Source: Acidobacteriota bacterium (GTDB lineage: Bacteria > Acidobacteriota > JAAYUB01). From it: a DNA stretch of 64,000 nt. The stretch's first letter is position 1; each line of letters starts with the position of its first letter. A program made the position numbers and the translations under genes. The notes beneath the pieces were generated by a model. It was not told where the DNA came from. It did not search any database and saw nothing but the letters and a program-made list of their open reading frames with translations. Shown piece by piece: positions 1 through 9,695 of this stretch. Where the stretch lies: contig JAXGLX010000002.1 of assembly GCA_040768985.1 (NCBI GenBank), forward strand, positions 4,378,971-4,442,970, read 5' to 3'.

Positions 1-810
1 GATCATCCGCATGTCCTCCGGCGCGGCGATGATGATCGCCCGCTGGAGCGGTCCGAACGGCACCAGAAAGAGCCGGCTGGCGGGCTGCCAGGCCTGCAGC
101 ACCCGGACGATGCGCCGGACCTTGTCCTGGACGCTGGCGGCGTCCACCGTCACGTTGTGGAAATGGATGTAGGTGACGGGGCAGCCCCGCTGCGCCATGA
201 GCCGCGCCGCCACGGGGCTGTCGATGCCTCCCGAAACGAGGGCGAGCACCCGCCCCGAGACGCCCACCGGCAGGCCGCCGGGGCCGCGGTGCTGTCCGAA
301 GAAGACGAGGATGCTGTCGGGCAGCACGTCCACGTGCACCGGCAGCTCCGGCGCGGACAGGTCCACCGTCCAGCCGCGCGCCACCATGATATGGCCCAGC
401 TCGCGGCCGATCGCCGGCGAGTCGAGGGGAAATCCCTTCCAGGCCCGGCGGCAGCGGATGCCGAATGTGCGCGGCGGCCGGGTCTCGGCGAAGTTGGCGA
501 TGAAGGCCTGCAGGGCGGCGAAATCACCGGGCAGGCGGTGCGCGAAGGCGAAGGTCTCGACACCGGGGATCCAGGCCAGCAGCCGCGCGACCGCGGCCGG
601 ATCGTCGCCGGGCCGCAGCGGCACGAGGTACTTGCCCATGGTTTCCTGAATGTCCCGCGCGCCCAGCGTCTCGAAGGCGGCGACGAGATTCCGGAGCAGG
701 CGTCGGCCGAACCGGATCCGGTTCTTCCCCTTGAGGAAGAGTTCGGACGAATGGACCAGGACCACGTCGTAGGGACAAACACTCGACTGCGTGTCGGACG
801 GCGCGTGCAT
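1..810 (-). CDS. thiI: tRNA 4-thiouridine synthase ThiI, N-terminal part (C-terminus runs off the window edge)
   Basis: Own minus-strand translation from ATG at 810..808; not in the ORF track because there is no stop in the window. Reads MHAPSDTQSSVCPYDVVLVHSSELFLKGKNR..., then the PP-loop motif LVSGGIDSPVA. Open to position 1. Confidence 0.8.
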   Translation of the reverse strand, partial: MHAPSDTQSSVCPYDVVLVHSSELFLKGKNRIRFGRRLLRNLVAAFETLGARDIQETMGKYLVPLRPGDDPAAVARLLAWIPGVETFAFAHRLPGDFAALQAFIANFAETRPPRTFGIRCRRAWKGFPLDSPAIGRELGHIMVARGWTVDLSAPELPVHVDVLPDSILVFFGQHRGPGGLPVGVSGRVLALVSGGIDSPVAARLMAQRGCPVTYIHFHNVTVDAASVQDKVRRIVRVLQAWQPASRLFLVPFGPLQRAIIIAAPEDMRMI

Positions 811-942
811 GGGCTTCCTGGGTCGGGCCGGTTTGCCGCGTGGTGCGGATGGTTACATTGTATCAGGTTACGGTCCGGAGCGGGAGGGGCTTGCAAAGCC
901 GCCGGGCCTGGGCTAAGATGGCCGCCATCGGGAGCTGACACC

Positions 943-1959
943 ATGGAGATGCGACGACACAAGGTTGTGGTTCTGGGCGCCGGCGGCTGGGGCACCGCGC
1001 TGGCGGTGGTGCTGCACGGCAACGGCCACAAGGTGCGGATCTGGGCCTACGAGCAGGACGAGGTGGACAACATCCGCGTCCACCGCGAGAACCGGCGGTT
1101 CCTGCCCGGCGTGACGATCCCGGCGGGAATCGACGCCTCCGTCGACATGGCCCGGCTGCTCAACGGCGTCACCCTCATCGTGAACGCCACGCCGGCCCAG
1201 TACACCCGCGGCGTGCTGCGCCGGCTCGCGGCCTGCAAGGTCACGCCCTGCCCGGTGGTCAACGTCGCCAAGGGGATCGAGAACAAGACGCTCAAGCGGA
1301 TGTCCCAGGTGATGGTCGAGGAGCTGCCGGTCTTCTTCCACGGCCTCCTGGCCACGCTGTCGGGACCGAGCCACGCCGAAGAGGTGGGCCGGTCCATCCC
1401 CACCGCCGTGGTCGTGGCGGCGACGAATCCGCGCGTACCGCCGCTGGTCCAGCAGGCGTTCATGTGCGAGAAGCTGCGGGTCTACTCCAGCGACGACCTG
1501 GTGGGCGTGGAGCTGGCCGGATCCGTCAAGAACATCATCGCCGTGGCGGCCGGCATCTGCGACGGCCTCGGCTTCGGCGACAACGCCAAGGGGGCGCTGC
1601 TCACCCGCGGCCTGGCCGAGATCAGCCGCCTGGGCGTGGCCATGGGCGCCAAGCCGGCCACCTTCGCCGGCTTGGCGGGGATGGGTGACCTCGTGACCAC
1701 CTGCACCAGCCGGCACTCGCGCAATCGCTTTGTCGGGGAGCAGATCGGCCGGGGGCGCAAACTGCCCGAGATTCTCGCGGAGATGGTGATGGTCGCCGAG
1801 GGCGTGGCGACCACCGAGTCGGCCTATGCCCTTAGCCAGCAGCACGGGGTGGAAATGCCCATCACCGCCGAGGTGTACGCGGCCCTCTTCGAAGGCAAGG
1901 ATCCCCGCGAAGCCGCCCGGAGTTTGATGAGCCGCCCCGCCAAACCGGAGAACTGGTAG
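943..1959 (+). CDS. gpsA: NAD(P)H-dependent glycerol-3-phosphate dehydrogenase
   Basis: Internal ATG of ORF 157..1959. MEMRRHKVVVLGAGGWGTALA Rossmann N-terminus, and GpsA-like LSGPSHAEEV and NRFVGEQIGRG motifs. Confidence 0.95.
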   Translation: MEMRRHKVVVLGAGGWGTALAVVLHGNGHKVRIWAYEQDEVDNIRVHRENRRFLPGVTIPAGIDASVDMARLLNGVTLIVNATPAQYTRGVLRRLAACKVTPCPVVNVAKGIENKTLKRMSQVMVEELPVFFHGLLATLSGPSHAEEVGRSIPTAVVVAATNPRVPPLVQQAFMCEKLRVYSSDDLVGVELAGSVKNIIAVAAGICDGLGFGDNAKGALLTRGLAEISRLGVAMGAKPATFAGLAGMGDLVTTCTSRHSRNRFVGEQIGRGRKLPEILAEMVMVAEGVATTESAYALSQQHGVEMPITAEVYAALFEGKDPREAARSLMSRPAKPENW

Positions 1960-1965
1960 GTCGGT

Positions 1966-2526
1966 TTGCTCGAAGCCCGAGCGGCACTGGAAATCCTCGT
2001 CGCCAAGCACCGGGTGTTTTTCGCCCGTCTGGCCCGGAAATATCTGCAGGATTCGACCCTGGCGGAGGACTGCCTCCAGGACGGCTTTCGCAAGTTCCTG
2101 GAGTCGAACCGCGCCTTCGCCGACGAACGGGAGGCGGAGAAGTATCTCTGCCGGGTGCTCATCAACCATTTCATCGACGAGCTCCGCCGCCGCCGGACGC
2201 AGGTCCGGAGCACGTGCGCGTTCGACGCGGAGCAGCACGATCATACCGCCCCGGGCGCCGGTCCCGAGATCCGGGTGATCGCCCGCCAGACCGCCGAGCT
2301 TAAACAGAATCTGGCCGGCCGGCTGAGCCGCCGGCTGGACCGCCTGCCGGCGTTCCAGCGCGAACTCATCTACCTGATGCTGCTGCGGGAGCCGCCGCTG
2401 TCGCTCCGGCAGGTGAGCCAGTTGAAGAAGATCCCCATCAGCACGCTCCACAGCCGGTTCCGGAACGCCATCGACCGCCTCCGGGAGCTGTGTCGGGAAC
2501 TGGGGGAGGAATGGAAAAATTTGTGA
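1966..2526 (+). CDS. ECF (sigma-70 family) RNA polymerase sigma factor
   Basis: 186 aa with a TTG start 6 nt after the gpsA stop. Region 2-like DCLQDGFRKFL and a region 4 HTH (LSLRQVSQLKKIPISTLHSRFRNAIDRLRE). Confidence 0.85.
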   Translation: MLEARAALEILVAKHRVFFARLARKYLQDSTLAEDCLQDGFRKFLESNRAFADEREAEKYLCRVLINHFIDELRRRRTQVRSTCAFDAEQHDHTAPGAGPEIRVIARQTAELKQNLAGRLSRRLDRLPAFQRELIYLMLLREPPLSLRQVSQLKKIPISTLHSRFRNAIDRLRELCRELGEEWKNL

Positions 2527-2602
2527 AAAGTTCGGACACCCGGCGGCCTGATCCGTTTATACAGGTGACGGCACCCGGTGGGGGCGCCGAGGAGCGTGAA
2601 CC

Positions 2603-3355
2603 ATGATGGACTGCGACCCGGTCAAAATCTCGCTGTTCCTCAACGGGGAAATGCCGCCCGAAGAGATGGACGCGATGCTGGATCACCTGGAGGCGTGCCC
2701 CGAGTGCCGCGCGACGTTCGACGACCTGCTGAAGTTCAAGACGCTGGCGCCGGAGATCCGGTCGGAACTCTCCGGCGGGTTCTTCAAATTCGCCGCGCTG
2801 AGCCCGGCGCTGCGGCGCCGGGCCTGGCTTTTCGGCGCGGCGGCTGCGGCGGTCGTGGTGCTGGTGGCGGGCTTGTTCATCCTGCGCCACGTGGCCATGC
2901 GGCAGTTGGGCGGCCCCCTGGCCGACCTGATGGAGACGGAGGCCATCGCCTACGTGCCGCCGGCGGCGCGGGGCGGGGAGGCGGCGCCCGACTCCGCCCG
3001 CGAGCGGATCATGGCCGGGTACGTCGGGAGGGATTACGAACGGTTCATCGCCGGCGCGGCCGAGTGGTTAAAGCACTATCCCGACGACGAGGACGTGATG
3101 CTCCACGCCGGCGTGGCGGCCTACCTCGAGGGGCGCCATTCCATCGCGGCCATATATCTGCAGTGGGCGGTCGAGACGGGCGGGCCGCCCCGGCCCGAAG
3201 AGGAGTGGTACCTGGCCAACGCGCTGCTGCGCCAGCGGCAGTACGCCGCGGCGCGCCCGCTGCTCGAGCACCTGTCCCAGTTGGAGCACCCGTACGCCGC
3301 GCGGGCCCGGGCGATCCTTGCCGCGCTGGACAAGCAGGCGACCGTCAAGGGGTGA
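2603..3355 (+). CDS. Anti-sigma factor (zinc-finger ZAS type) with one TM segment and a TPR-like C-terminal domain
   Basis: HLEACPECRATF matches the Hx3Cx2C motif. Hydrophobic stretch AAAAAVVVLVAGLFIL. GAGGAG RBS before the ATG. Lies immediately downstream of the ECF sigma gene. Confidence 0.7.
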   Translation: MMDCDPVKISLFLNGEMPPEEMDAMLDHLEACPECRATFDDLLKFKTLAPEIRSELSGGFFKFAALSPALRRRAWLFGAAAAAVVVLVAGLFILRHVAMRQLGGPLADLMETEAIAYVPPAARGGEAAPDSARERIMAGYVGRDYERFIAGAAEWLKHYPDDEDVMLHAGVAAYLEGRHSIAAIYLQWAVETGGPPRPEEEWYLANALLRQRQYAAARPLLEHLSQLEHPYAARARAILAALDKQATVKG

Positions 3356-3361
3356 CCGCTC

Positions 3362-3541
3362 GTTTCTGGGAATTGTTGATAGTTGATGGTTGATTGTTGA
3401 TGGTGGTATAGGTTCGCAAGTTCACAGTTCGCCGGTTCACAGGTTCGCCGGTCTCCGTCTCCCGATTCACCGATTCACCCATTCACCGATTCACCGATTC
3501 ACCCATTCACCGATTCACCGATTCACCGATTCACCGTTTCC
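3362..3541. repeat. Mosaic intergenic repeat block, including an (SATTCACC)n octamer array at 3463..3536
   Basis: Direct reading shows TTGATGG-type heptamers, GGTTCRC units, GTCTCC units, then about 9 tandem octamers GATTCACC/CATTCACC. Confidence 0.9.
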
Positions 3542-4537
3542 TCAGTGCTGCCGCTTCAGGATGAAGTCGGTGATCTGCACCAGCGTCTTGCGGTGCGGCG
3601 ACGACGGGAAGGTCAGCAGCTCGGTGCGGGCCTGGTCGGCGTAGGCGTGGGCGCAGGCCATGGTCCGCTCCAGGCAGCCGGCGCGGCGCAACTCGCGCAG
3701 CAGGGCGTCGGGCTGGACGCTGGTGAAGCCCTGCTCGGCCACGACGGTTTCCACCATGCGGCGCGCGGCGGCGCCGTCCGACTGGAGCAGGTAGATCACC
3801 GGCAGGGTCAGCTTTCCCTCGCGCAGGTCGCCCATGACCGGCTTGCCCAGCTTCTGCTCGTCGGCGGTGTAGTCGAGGACGTCGTCCACGACCTGGAAGG
3901 CCAGGCCCAGGTTGAGGCCGATCCGGGTGAGCCGGTCGATGGTCGCGTCGTCGGCGCGGGCCGAGACGGCGGGCAGCGCGGTCGCCGCCGAGAACAGGTG
4001 CGCTGTCTTGCGGGCGGCGATGTCGAGGCTGGTTTCGGCGGTGAGGTCCAGCCGGCCCAGGACGTCGGCCTGGATCAGTTCCCCCTCCACCATTTTCCGG
4101 CTCACGTCCAGCAGCACGTCGAGGATCCGGAAGTTCTGCTGGGCCACCCCGACCTGGAACGCGGTCATGTACAGCCAGTCGCCCAGCAGCACCGACATGT
4201 GGTTGCCGTAGGCGGCGTTGACCGACGGGGAGCCCCGCCGGGTGTCGGCCTCGTCGATGATGTCGTCGTGGACCAGCGAGGCGGTGTGGATCAGCTCCAC
4301 CAGCGCCCCCAGCGGGTAGAGACGCTCGGGCTCGCAGCCGATCATGCGGCCGGCCAGGATCAGCAGCGCCGGCCGCAGCTTCTTGCCGCTCTGCCGGGCG
4401 ACATAGCGGCCGAGCTGGTCCACGATCCCCACGGAGGAATCGAGGTAGCCGTCGAAGCAGGTCTGGACCCGCTCGAGATCGGGCTGGATGCGCTTCAGGA
4501 TCAGGTTGGCGTTCACGGGCACATTCCTTTTCGTCAA
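3542..4537 (-). CDS. Polyprenyl (hexa/hepta/octaprenyl) diphosphate synthase
   Basis: Two DDxxD motifs (LVHDDIIDEAD and FQVVDDVLD) and overall IspB/HepT-like sequence. The start is uncertain: TTG at 4537, or in-frame GTGs 15-21 nt downstream. Confidence 0.9.
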   Translation of the reverse strand: MTKRNVPVNANLILKRIQPDLERVQTCFDGYLDSSVGIVDQLGRYVARQSGKKLRPALLILAGRMIGCEPERLYPLGALVELIHTASLVHDDIIDEADTRRGSPSVNAAYGNHMSVLLGDWLYMTAFQVGVAQQNFRILDVLLDVSRKMVEGELIQADVLGRLDLTAETSLDIAARKTAHLFSAATALPAVSARADDATIDRLTRIGLNLGLAFQVVDDVLDYTADEQKLGKPVMGDLREGKLTLPVIYLLQSDGAAARRMVETVVAEQGFTSVQPDALLRELRRAGCLERTMACAHAYADQARTELLTFPSSPHRKTLVQITDFILKRQH

Positions 4538-4576
4538 CGGAGCGAAATTATAACTTAAGGATTGGCATTAGACAAC

Positions 4577-4800
4577 GAATCGGTGAATGGGTGAATCGGT
4601 GAATGGGTGAATCGGTGAATCGGTGGATCGGGAGACGGCAGACGAGACCCAAGCCCTGAACCGCGAGCCCCGAGCTCCGAACCCTGAGCCCCGAGCCCCG
4701 AACCCCTTAACGCTTGTGCCGATGTCCGAATTCCGATGTCCGATGTCCTAAGTCCGCGTCACGGGAACGAGCCTCTAGCCTCGAGTCTCGAGCTTCGATC
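4577..4800. repeat. Mosaic intergenic repeat block
   Basis: In order: (GGTGAATS)n, GGGAGAC units, CCCGAGC/CCCGAAC units, (CGATGTC)n, then GCCTCTAGCCTCGAG modules. Confidence 0.9.
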
Positions 4801-4801
4801 C

Positions 4802-5335
4802 TCACTTCTTCTCAAACACCTCGTGCGTCAGAACCGAATCGGCGTGGAACGGGTGGGTGAGCTGGAGGATGGGCGTGCGCCCCTCGGCGAAAGCGCCCAT
4901 GAGGTCCTGGATTCCCGCGTCGATCTCCCGCTGGAAGACGCGGTCCACGGAGCGCACGCCGTCGTTGATGAGCCACTCGTCCACGATGGGCACTTTGACC
5001 AGCAAGGCATAGCTCCGGACCCACTCCCGGATCAGCTCGTCGAGATGGTCCCGCCGGCCGAACTTGTGGCAGTAGTACGCGTAGTTGTCCAGCACGGAGC
5101 GGTCGCACACCACCATGTCGGCGCAGGCGCCCGCCTCCAGCTCCGCCACGATGTGCCGGTGGAGGATCCAGAGCTGGCCCTCCTCCGACGTCGCCTCATT
5201 GATGGGGAAGGGGCTGTGGCGAGCCATCTCCACGACCAGTTCCACCCGGTGGCCGCGCTTCTGCAATTCGGTGCAGAGCGAGAAGGCCAGCGCGGTCTTG
5301 CCGCAGCCGTGGGTGCCGATGATGGCAATTTTCAT
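4802..5335 (-). CDS. P-loop NTPase (AAA_28/NadR-like ATP-binding protein)
   Basis: Walker A motif IIGTHGCGKT at the N-terminus. 177 aa. GGAGG RBS upstream of the ATG. Confidence 0.7.
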   Translation of the reverse strand: MKIAIIGTHGCGKTALAFSLCTELQKRGHRVELVVEMARHSPFPINEATSEEGQLWILHRHIVAELEAGACADMVVCDRSVLDNYAYYCHKFGRRDHLDELIREWVRSYALLVKVPIVDEWLINDGVRSVDRVFQREIDAGIQDLMGAFAEGRTPILQLTHPFHADSVLTHEVFEKK

Positions 5336-5360
5336 GGGAGCCTCCGGGATTAACAGTCAA

Positions 5361-5486
5361 TTGGTGCATAGGTGAATCGGTGAATCGGTGAATGGGTGAA
5401 TCGGAAGACAGAATGAACGTACCGGCCAGCCGGTGAACCTGTAAACCTGCGAACCTGTGAACCTGTGAACCCTCAACTCACAACCC
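5361..5486. repeat. Mosaic intergenic repeat block
   Basis: (GGTGAATS)n at 5363..5404, then (GAACCTG)n, then CTCAAC units. Confidence 0.9.
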
Positions 5487-6284
5487 TCAACTCTCAACAT
5501 CTTGCCGGAACCGGCCGAACAGCCGCCAGAAATTTTCCGTGGTGCGGCGGGCCAGCTCGGCCTCGTCCAGGCCGTGCACCCGGGCGAGCGCCGCGGCCAC
5601 GTGGCGGACGAACGCCGGCTCGTTGCGCCGCCCGCGCACGGGCACCGGCGCCAGGTACGGCGCGTCGGTCTCCACCAGCAGCCGGTCCGCCGGCACCGCG
5701 GCGGCGGCGGCGCGGACGTTGTCGCCCTTGGGGAACGTGATGGGGCCGGCGAACGAGATGTGGAACCCCAGGGCCAGGCAGCGCGCCGCCATGGCCGGGT
5801 CGCCGGCGAAGCAGTGCATGATGCCGCCCGGGTTGGGCGGCGTCCAGTGACGCTCCAGGATGTCCAGCAGGTCGGCGGTGGCGTCCCGGGCGTGGACGAT
5901 CACGGGCCGGTCCGCCTCCCGCGCCATGCCCAAGAGGTCGCGGAAGACCCCGCGCTGGACGTCCCGCGGGGAGTGGTCGTAGTAGTAGTCAAGCCCGATC
6001 TCGCCCACCGCCCACACCTCCGGTTCCCGCAGCCGATCCGCCAGGCGGGCGTACCACGCCTCGGAGGCGATCCGGGCGTCGTGGGGGTGGATGCCGGCGG
6101 TGGTGGCGAGGCCCGGGTGACGGCGGCACAGCGCCAGCGCCTGGTCCATGGAGCCGCTCTCCGGGTGGGCGTTGCCGATGGCGAGGATGAACGCGATGCC
6201 GGCGTCGCGCGCCCGCTCCAGCACGGCGTCACGGTCGGCGTCGAAGGCGTCCATCTCGAGATGGGCGTGGGAGTCGACGAGCAT
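5487..6284 (-). CDS. tatD: TatD-family metal-dependent hydrolase/DNase
   Basis: Internal ATG at 6284..6282 of ORF 5487..6737. MLVDSHAHLEMDAF with the HxH motif; TatD-like GEIGLDYYY and VETDAPYL. The start overlaps the larC stop as TGATG. Confidence 0.9.
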   Translation of the reverse strand: MLVDSHAHLEMDAFDADRDAVLERARDAGIAFILAIGNAHPESGSMDQALALCRRHPGLATTAGIHPHDARIASEAWYARLADRLREPEVWAVGEIGLDYYYDHSPRDVQRGVFRDLLGMAREADRPVIVHARDATADLLDILERHWTPPNPGGIMHCFAGDPAMAARCLALGFHISFAGPITFPKGDNVRAAAAAVPADRLLVETDAPYLAPVPVRGRRNEPAFVRHVAAALARVHGLDEAELARRTTENFWRLFGRFRQDVES

Positions 6285-7648
6285 CAGGCATCCCCGGCTT
6301 CGAGACGGCGGACCAGGTTGTCCCAGCCGGCGGCGACCGCGGCGGCAGCGGCCTGGTAGACGGCGGCGGCGGGCACGCCCGCGGCGGCCGCGAGGCGGCG
6401 GCAGTCCTCGAACTCGGGCGTGGCCTTGAGCAAGCGGCCGCGCCGCAGGCCCGCCTTGACCGAGACCGCGCCGTACGGCGTGTCCACGGCGAGGTTCCGC
6501 CGGTCCAGCACCTCCCGGGCGCAGTGGTGCGTCCGCACGCCGAAGGTGGTGCTCCGCGCCAGCAGCTCCTCGGCGAAGCGCGGGGCGTCGGCGGGGCGGC
6601 ACAGGAGCGTGAGCAGGGTGCCGGGCCGGGACTTCTTCATCTGGACGGGCGTGAGGAACACGTCCAGGGCGCCGGCGGCGCGCAGGGTGTCGGCCAGTTC
6701 GCCCACCAGTTCGGGGATCATGTCGTCCAGGTTGCACTCCAGCACGGACACCTCGGTGTCGGCGCCGGCGTCCGCCGTTTCAATGGCGAGCAGGCGGAGC
6801 GCGTTGGGCCCGTCGGGATGCTCCCGGCCGCCGGCGCCCCAGCCGGTCCGGAGCAGGGTGCCGGCGGGCAGACGGCCGGGCGCCGCTACCAAAGTCCGCA
6901 GCACCGCGGCGCCGGTGGGGGTGACGAGCTCGCCGGCGAAGTGCGCCGAGTAGACCGGGAAGCCGCGCAGCAGCTCGGCGGTGGCGGGCGCCGGCACCGG
7001 CAGCACGCCGTGGGCGCACCGGACCGTGCCGGAGCCGACGTTGGCGGCGGAGCAGGCGAATCCGTCGAAGCCCAGCCCGTCGAGGGCCAGGCAGATGCCC
7101 ACGATGTCCACAATGGAGTCCACCGCGCCCACCTCGTGAAAGTGGACCGTCTCGGGCGGCCGGCCGTGGATCTTTCCTTCAGCCACGGCCAGGTGTTCGA
7201 AGATCGCCGTGGCGCGCTCGCGCACCGCCGGCGCCAGCGGGGCGGCCGCGATCATGTCCCGGATCTGGGCGAACGTCCGATGATCGTGGGTTGGGGGTTG
7301 AGAGAGAGTTGAGAGTTGATGGTTGATGGTTGATGGTTGATCGCGTTGCTCGTGCTCGTGCTCGTGCTCGTGATCGTGATCGTAATCGTGTTCGTGCTCG
7401 CCGGCGCGTGCTCGATCGTGTACGCGCCCGTGGACATGTTTATGCTCCTGCCCCTCGACGTGCACCGTCAGCCGCGTGGCGGCGATGCCGCCCCGGAGCA
7501 CCCGGCCGACCTCCAGCCGGTAGCCGGTGACGGGGAGCGCGGCCAGTCCCTGCCGGACGGCTTCGAAGTCGGCACCGAGGTCCAGCAAAGCGCCCAGGAT
7601 CATGTCGCCGCTGCAGCCGGAGAACAGGTCGAAGTAGAGGATCTTCAT
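6284..7648 (-). CDS. larC: Nickel insertion protein LarC (DUF111; pyridinium-3,5-bisthiocarboxylate mononucleotide nickel chelatase)
   Basis: MKILYFDLFSGCSGDMILGALLDLG N-terminus and HFHEVGAVDSIVDIVG. A His-rich loop is encoded by repeat-type DNA at 7291..7400. Confidence 0.9.
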   Translation of the reverse strand: MKILYFDLFSGCSGDMILGALLDLGADFEAVRQGLAALPVTGYRLEVGRVLRGGIAATRLTVHVEGQEHKHVHGRVHDRARAGEHEHDYDHDHEHEHEHEQRDQPSTINHQLSTLSQPPTHDHRTFAQIRDMIAAAPLAPAVRERATAIFEHLAVAEGKIHGRPPETVHFHEVGAVDSIVDIVGICLALDGLGFDGFACSAANVGSGTVRCAHGVLPVPAPATAELLRGFPVYSAHFAGELVTPTGAAVLRTLVAAPGRLPAGTLLRTGWGAGGREHPDGPNALRLLAIETADAGADTEVSVLECNLDDMIPELVGELADTLRAAGALDVFLTPVQMKKSRPGTLLTLLCRPADAPRFAEELLARSTTFGVRTHHCAREVLDRRNLAVDTPYGAVSVKAGLRRGRLLKATPEFEDCRRLAAAAGVPAAAVYQAAAAAVAAGWDNLVRRLEAGDA

Positions 7649-7698
7649 GCACTGCCTCGAGGGGTCGGATGTTTCGGAATGCGCGGCCCGCGGCGGGA

Positions 7699-8433
7699 TC
7701 ATCCCGCCAGCCGCCGGTCCAGCTCAGGCAGGATCTCGCCGGACGGCCCGGTCAGCGTCACGTCCATGATGGGGCTGAGCGGCGTCTCGGCCACGTTGAC
7801 CTCGATGAGCCGGGCGCCCGCGGAGCGGGCCATCATGGGCAGCCCGGCCACCGGGTACACCAGGCCCGACGTCCCCACCACCAGCACCACGTCGGCGGCG
7901 GCGACGGCCTCGGCGCCGGCCTGGTACGCGTCCATGGGCAGACTCTCGCCGAACCAGACCACCCCCGGGCGGAGCAGGGCGCCGCAGGCGCAGCGCGGCG
8001 GGAGCTTGGGGAGCGGCACCCGTTCGTCCAGTTCATCCCGGCCGCAGGCGGTGCAGCGCACCCGCCAGATGTCGCCGTGCACGCAGTGGACGGCACGGCT
8101 GCCGGCGCGCCGGTGCAAGCCGTCCACGTTTTGAGTCACGAGGGTGAAGACCGGGAAGCGGCTCTCCCAGCGGGCCAGCGTCTCGTGCCCCGCGTTGGGG
8201 GCGCAGCCGGCGATGAGCTGGCGGCGCCAGTCGTACCACTCCCAGACGAGGCGCGGGTCGCGGGCGAAGGCGGCGGGGGTGGCCAGCTCCTCGGCCCGGA
8301 AGTTCTTCCACAGGCCGCCGGCGCCGCGGAACGTGGGGACGCCGCTTTCGGCGGAGATGCCGGCGCCGGTGACGACGGCCACGGCCCGGGCCCCGCGCAG
8401 CCAGTCGGCGGCCTGATCCAGTTTGTCGGTCAT
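7699..8433 (-). CDS. cobB: NAD-dependent protein deacylase (Sir2/CobB family)
   Basis: GAGISAESGVPTFRG, TQNVDGLH, and zinc-ribbon Cys pairs CTACG...CACG. Start taken at MTDKLDQ (ATG 8433..8431). Confidence 0.9.
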   Translation of the reverse strand: MTDKLDQAADWLRGARAVAVVTGAGISAESGVPTFRGAGGLWKNFRAEELATPAAFARDPRLVWEWYDWRRQLIAGCAPNAGHETLARWESRFPVFTLVTQNVDGLHRRAGSRAVHCVHGDIWRVRCTACGRDELDERVPLPKLPPRCACGALLRPGVVWFGESLPMDAYQAGAEAVAAADVVLVVGTSGLVYPVAGLPMMARSAGARLIEVNVAETPLSPIMDVTLTGPSGEILPELDRRLAG

Positions 8434-8567
8434 GCGCCCCGCTCCCGTGCGGCCGGTTCTTCCGCGCGCCGGCCGCGGCCGGCGCGCCGCCTGTCTCGAC
8501 AAGCCGGCCGGCTTTGTTATAATATACGCCGTTGGCGATTACAAGCCTCCATCCACCGGGAGTTTGC

Positions 8568-9695
8568 GTGAGCGTGCCCGCCGACCTCGACATCCGGTAC
8601 CCCCAGTGCACCGTCCCCGTTTTCTTCGCCGACGGACGGGAGCCGGCCGATCTGGAGCGGGCGGTGATCCGGCCGCTGGCGCCGGACCGGATCGCCGTCG
8701 TCTCCGATGCCAACGTCTTCGCCCGGCACGGCTACGCGCTCGAGGCGCTGCTGACGCGGGCCGGCCACGCCGTCGCCACCGTGGTGCTCCAGCCGGGCGA
8801 AGGCACCAAATCGATGGAGGTGGCCGCCGAAGTGGCCGGCTCCTTCTGCGAGAACGGACTGAGCCGGCGCTCGCTGGTGCTGGCCCTGGGCGGCGGGGTA
8901 GTGGGCGACCTGGCCGGTTTCGTGGCCGGGATCTACATGCGCGGCGTCCGCTACGTCCAACTCCCCACGTCGCTGCTGGCGCAGGTGGACAGCGCCGTCG
9001 GCGGCAAGGTGGGCGTCAACCTGCCCGGCGCCAAAAACATGCTGGGCCTCTTTTGCCAGCCCGCCGCGGTCTGGGTGGACGTCCGCTACCTCGACACGCT
9101 GCCGGAGGCCGAGTACCGCGGCGCCTTCGGCGAGGTGCTCAAGTACGCCCTGACCCTCGACGCGATCCTGTACGAGCGGCTGGCGGCGCTGCCCGCCGTG
9201 GCGGCGGTCCGCGGCGACCCGGCCTTCAACGCCGAGCTGGTGCGGCGGTGCGTCGCGCGCAAGGCCGAGGTGGCGGCCGCCGACGAGACGGAGCAGGGGC
9301 TGCGCCGGGTGCTCAACTTCGGCCACACCGCCGGCCACGCCCTGGAGGCGGCCGGCGAGTACCGCCGCTTCCGCCACGGCGAGGCGGTGGCGGTGGGCAT
9401 GGTGGTGGCGCAGGAACTGGGCCGGCGGCTGGGTTGCGTCGACGCGGCGTGGGCCGAAACCAGCATCGGGTTGGTCCGGCGGCTGCTGCCGCCGCCGGCG
9501 CTGGACGGCCTCGACACCGGGGCGCTCATGGCTGTCATGGCCCACGACAAGAAGTGGTCCCGGCGCCGCCAGTGCTTCGTCTTCTCCACGGGGCCGGGCC
9601 GCCATCGCATCGAAGAGGACGTCCCCGCCGAGGCGGTCGCCGAGGCCTTCCGGCACGTGCTGGCGGCGGGACCGGCCGCGCCGCCGCCGGCCTAG
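8568..9695 (+). CDS. aroB: 3-dehydroquinate synthase
   Basis: LGGGVVGDLAGFVAGIYMRGVRYVQLPTSLLAQVDSAVGGKVGVN and NFGHTAGHALE. GTG at 8568 is preceded by GGGAG; an alternative TTG lies at 8532. Confidence 0.9.
   Translation: MSVPADLDIRYPQCTVPVFFADGREPADLERAVIRPLAPDRIAVVSDANVFARHGYALEALLTRAGHAVATVVLQPGEGTKSMEVAAEVAGSFCENGLSRRSLVLALGGGVVGDLAGFVAGIYMRGVRYVQLPTSLLAQVDSAVGGKVGVNLPGAKNMLGLFCQPAAVWVDVRYLDTLPEAEYRGAFGEVLKYALTLDAILYERLAALPAVAAVRGDPAFNAELVRRCVARKAEVAAADETEQGLRRVLNFGHTAGHALEAAGEYRRFRHGEAVAVGMVVAQELGRRLGCVDAAWAETSIGLVRRLLPPPALDGLDTGALMAVMAHDKKWSRRRQCFVFSTGPGRHRIEEDVPAEAVAEAFRHVLAAGPAAPPPA

Noticed and set aside
157-942. The N-terminal 262 codons of ORF 157..1959, and ORF 150..1031(-), as possible genes upstream of gpsA.
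   Set aside because: The region is fully explained by thiI on the minus strand in a different frame (PP-loop SGGIDSPVA). GpsA begins at the internal ATG at 943, with its Rossmann motif right at the N-terminus.
6285-6737. The long version of the tatD ORF (5487..6737, 416 aa).
   Set aside because: The first 151 codons are Arg/Pro-rich and overlap the 3' end of larC. TatD homology begins exactly at MLVDSHAHL (ATG 6284), which overlaps the larC stop as TGATG.
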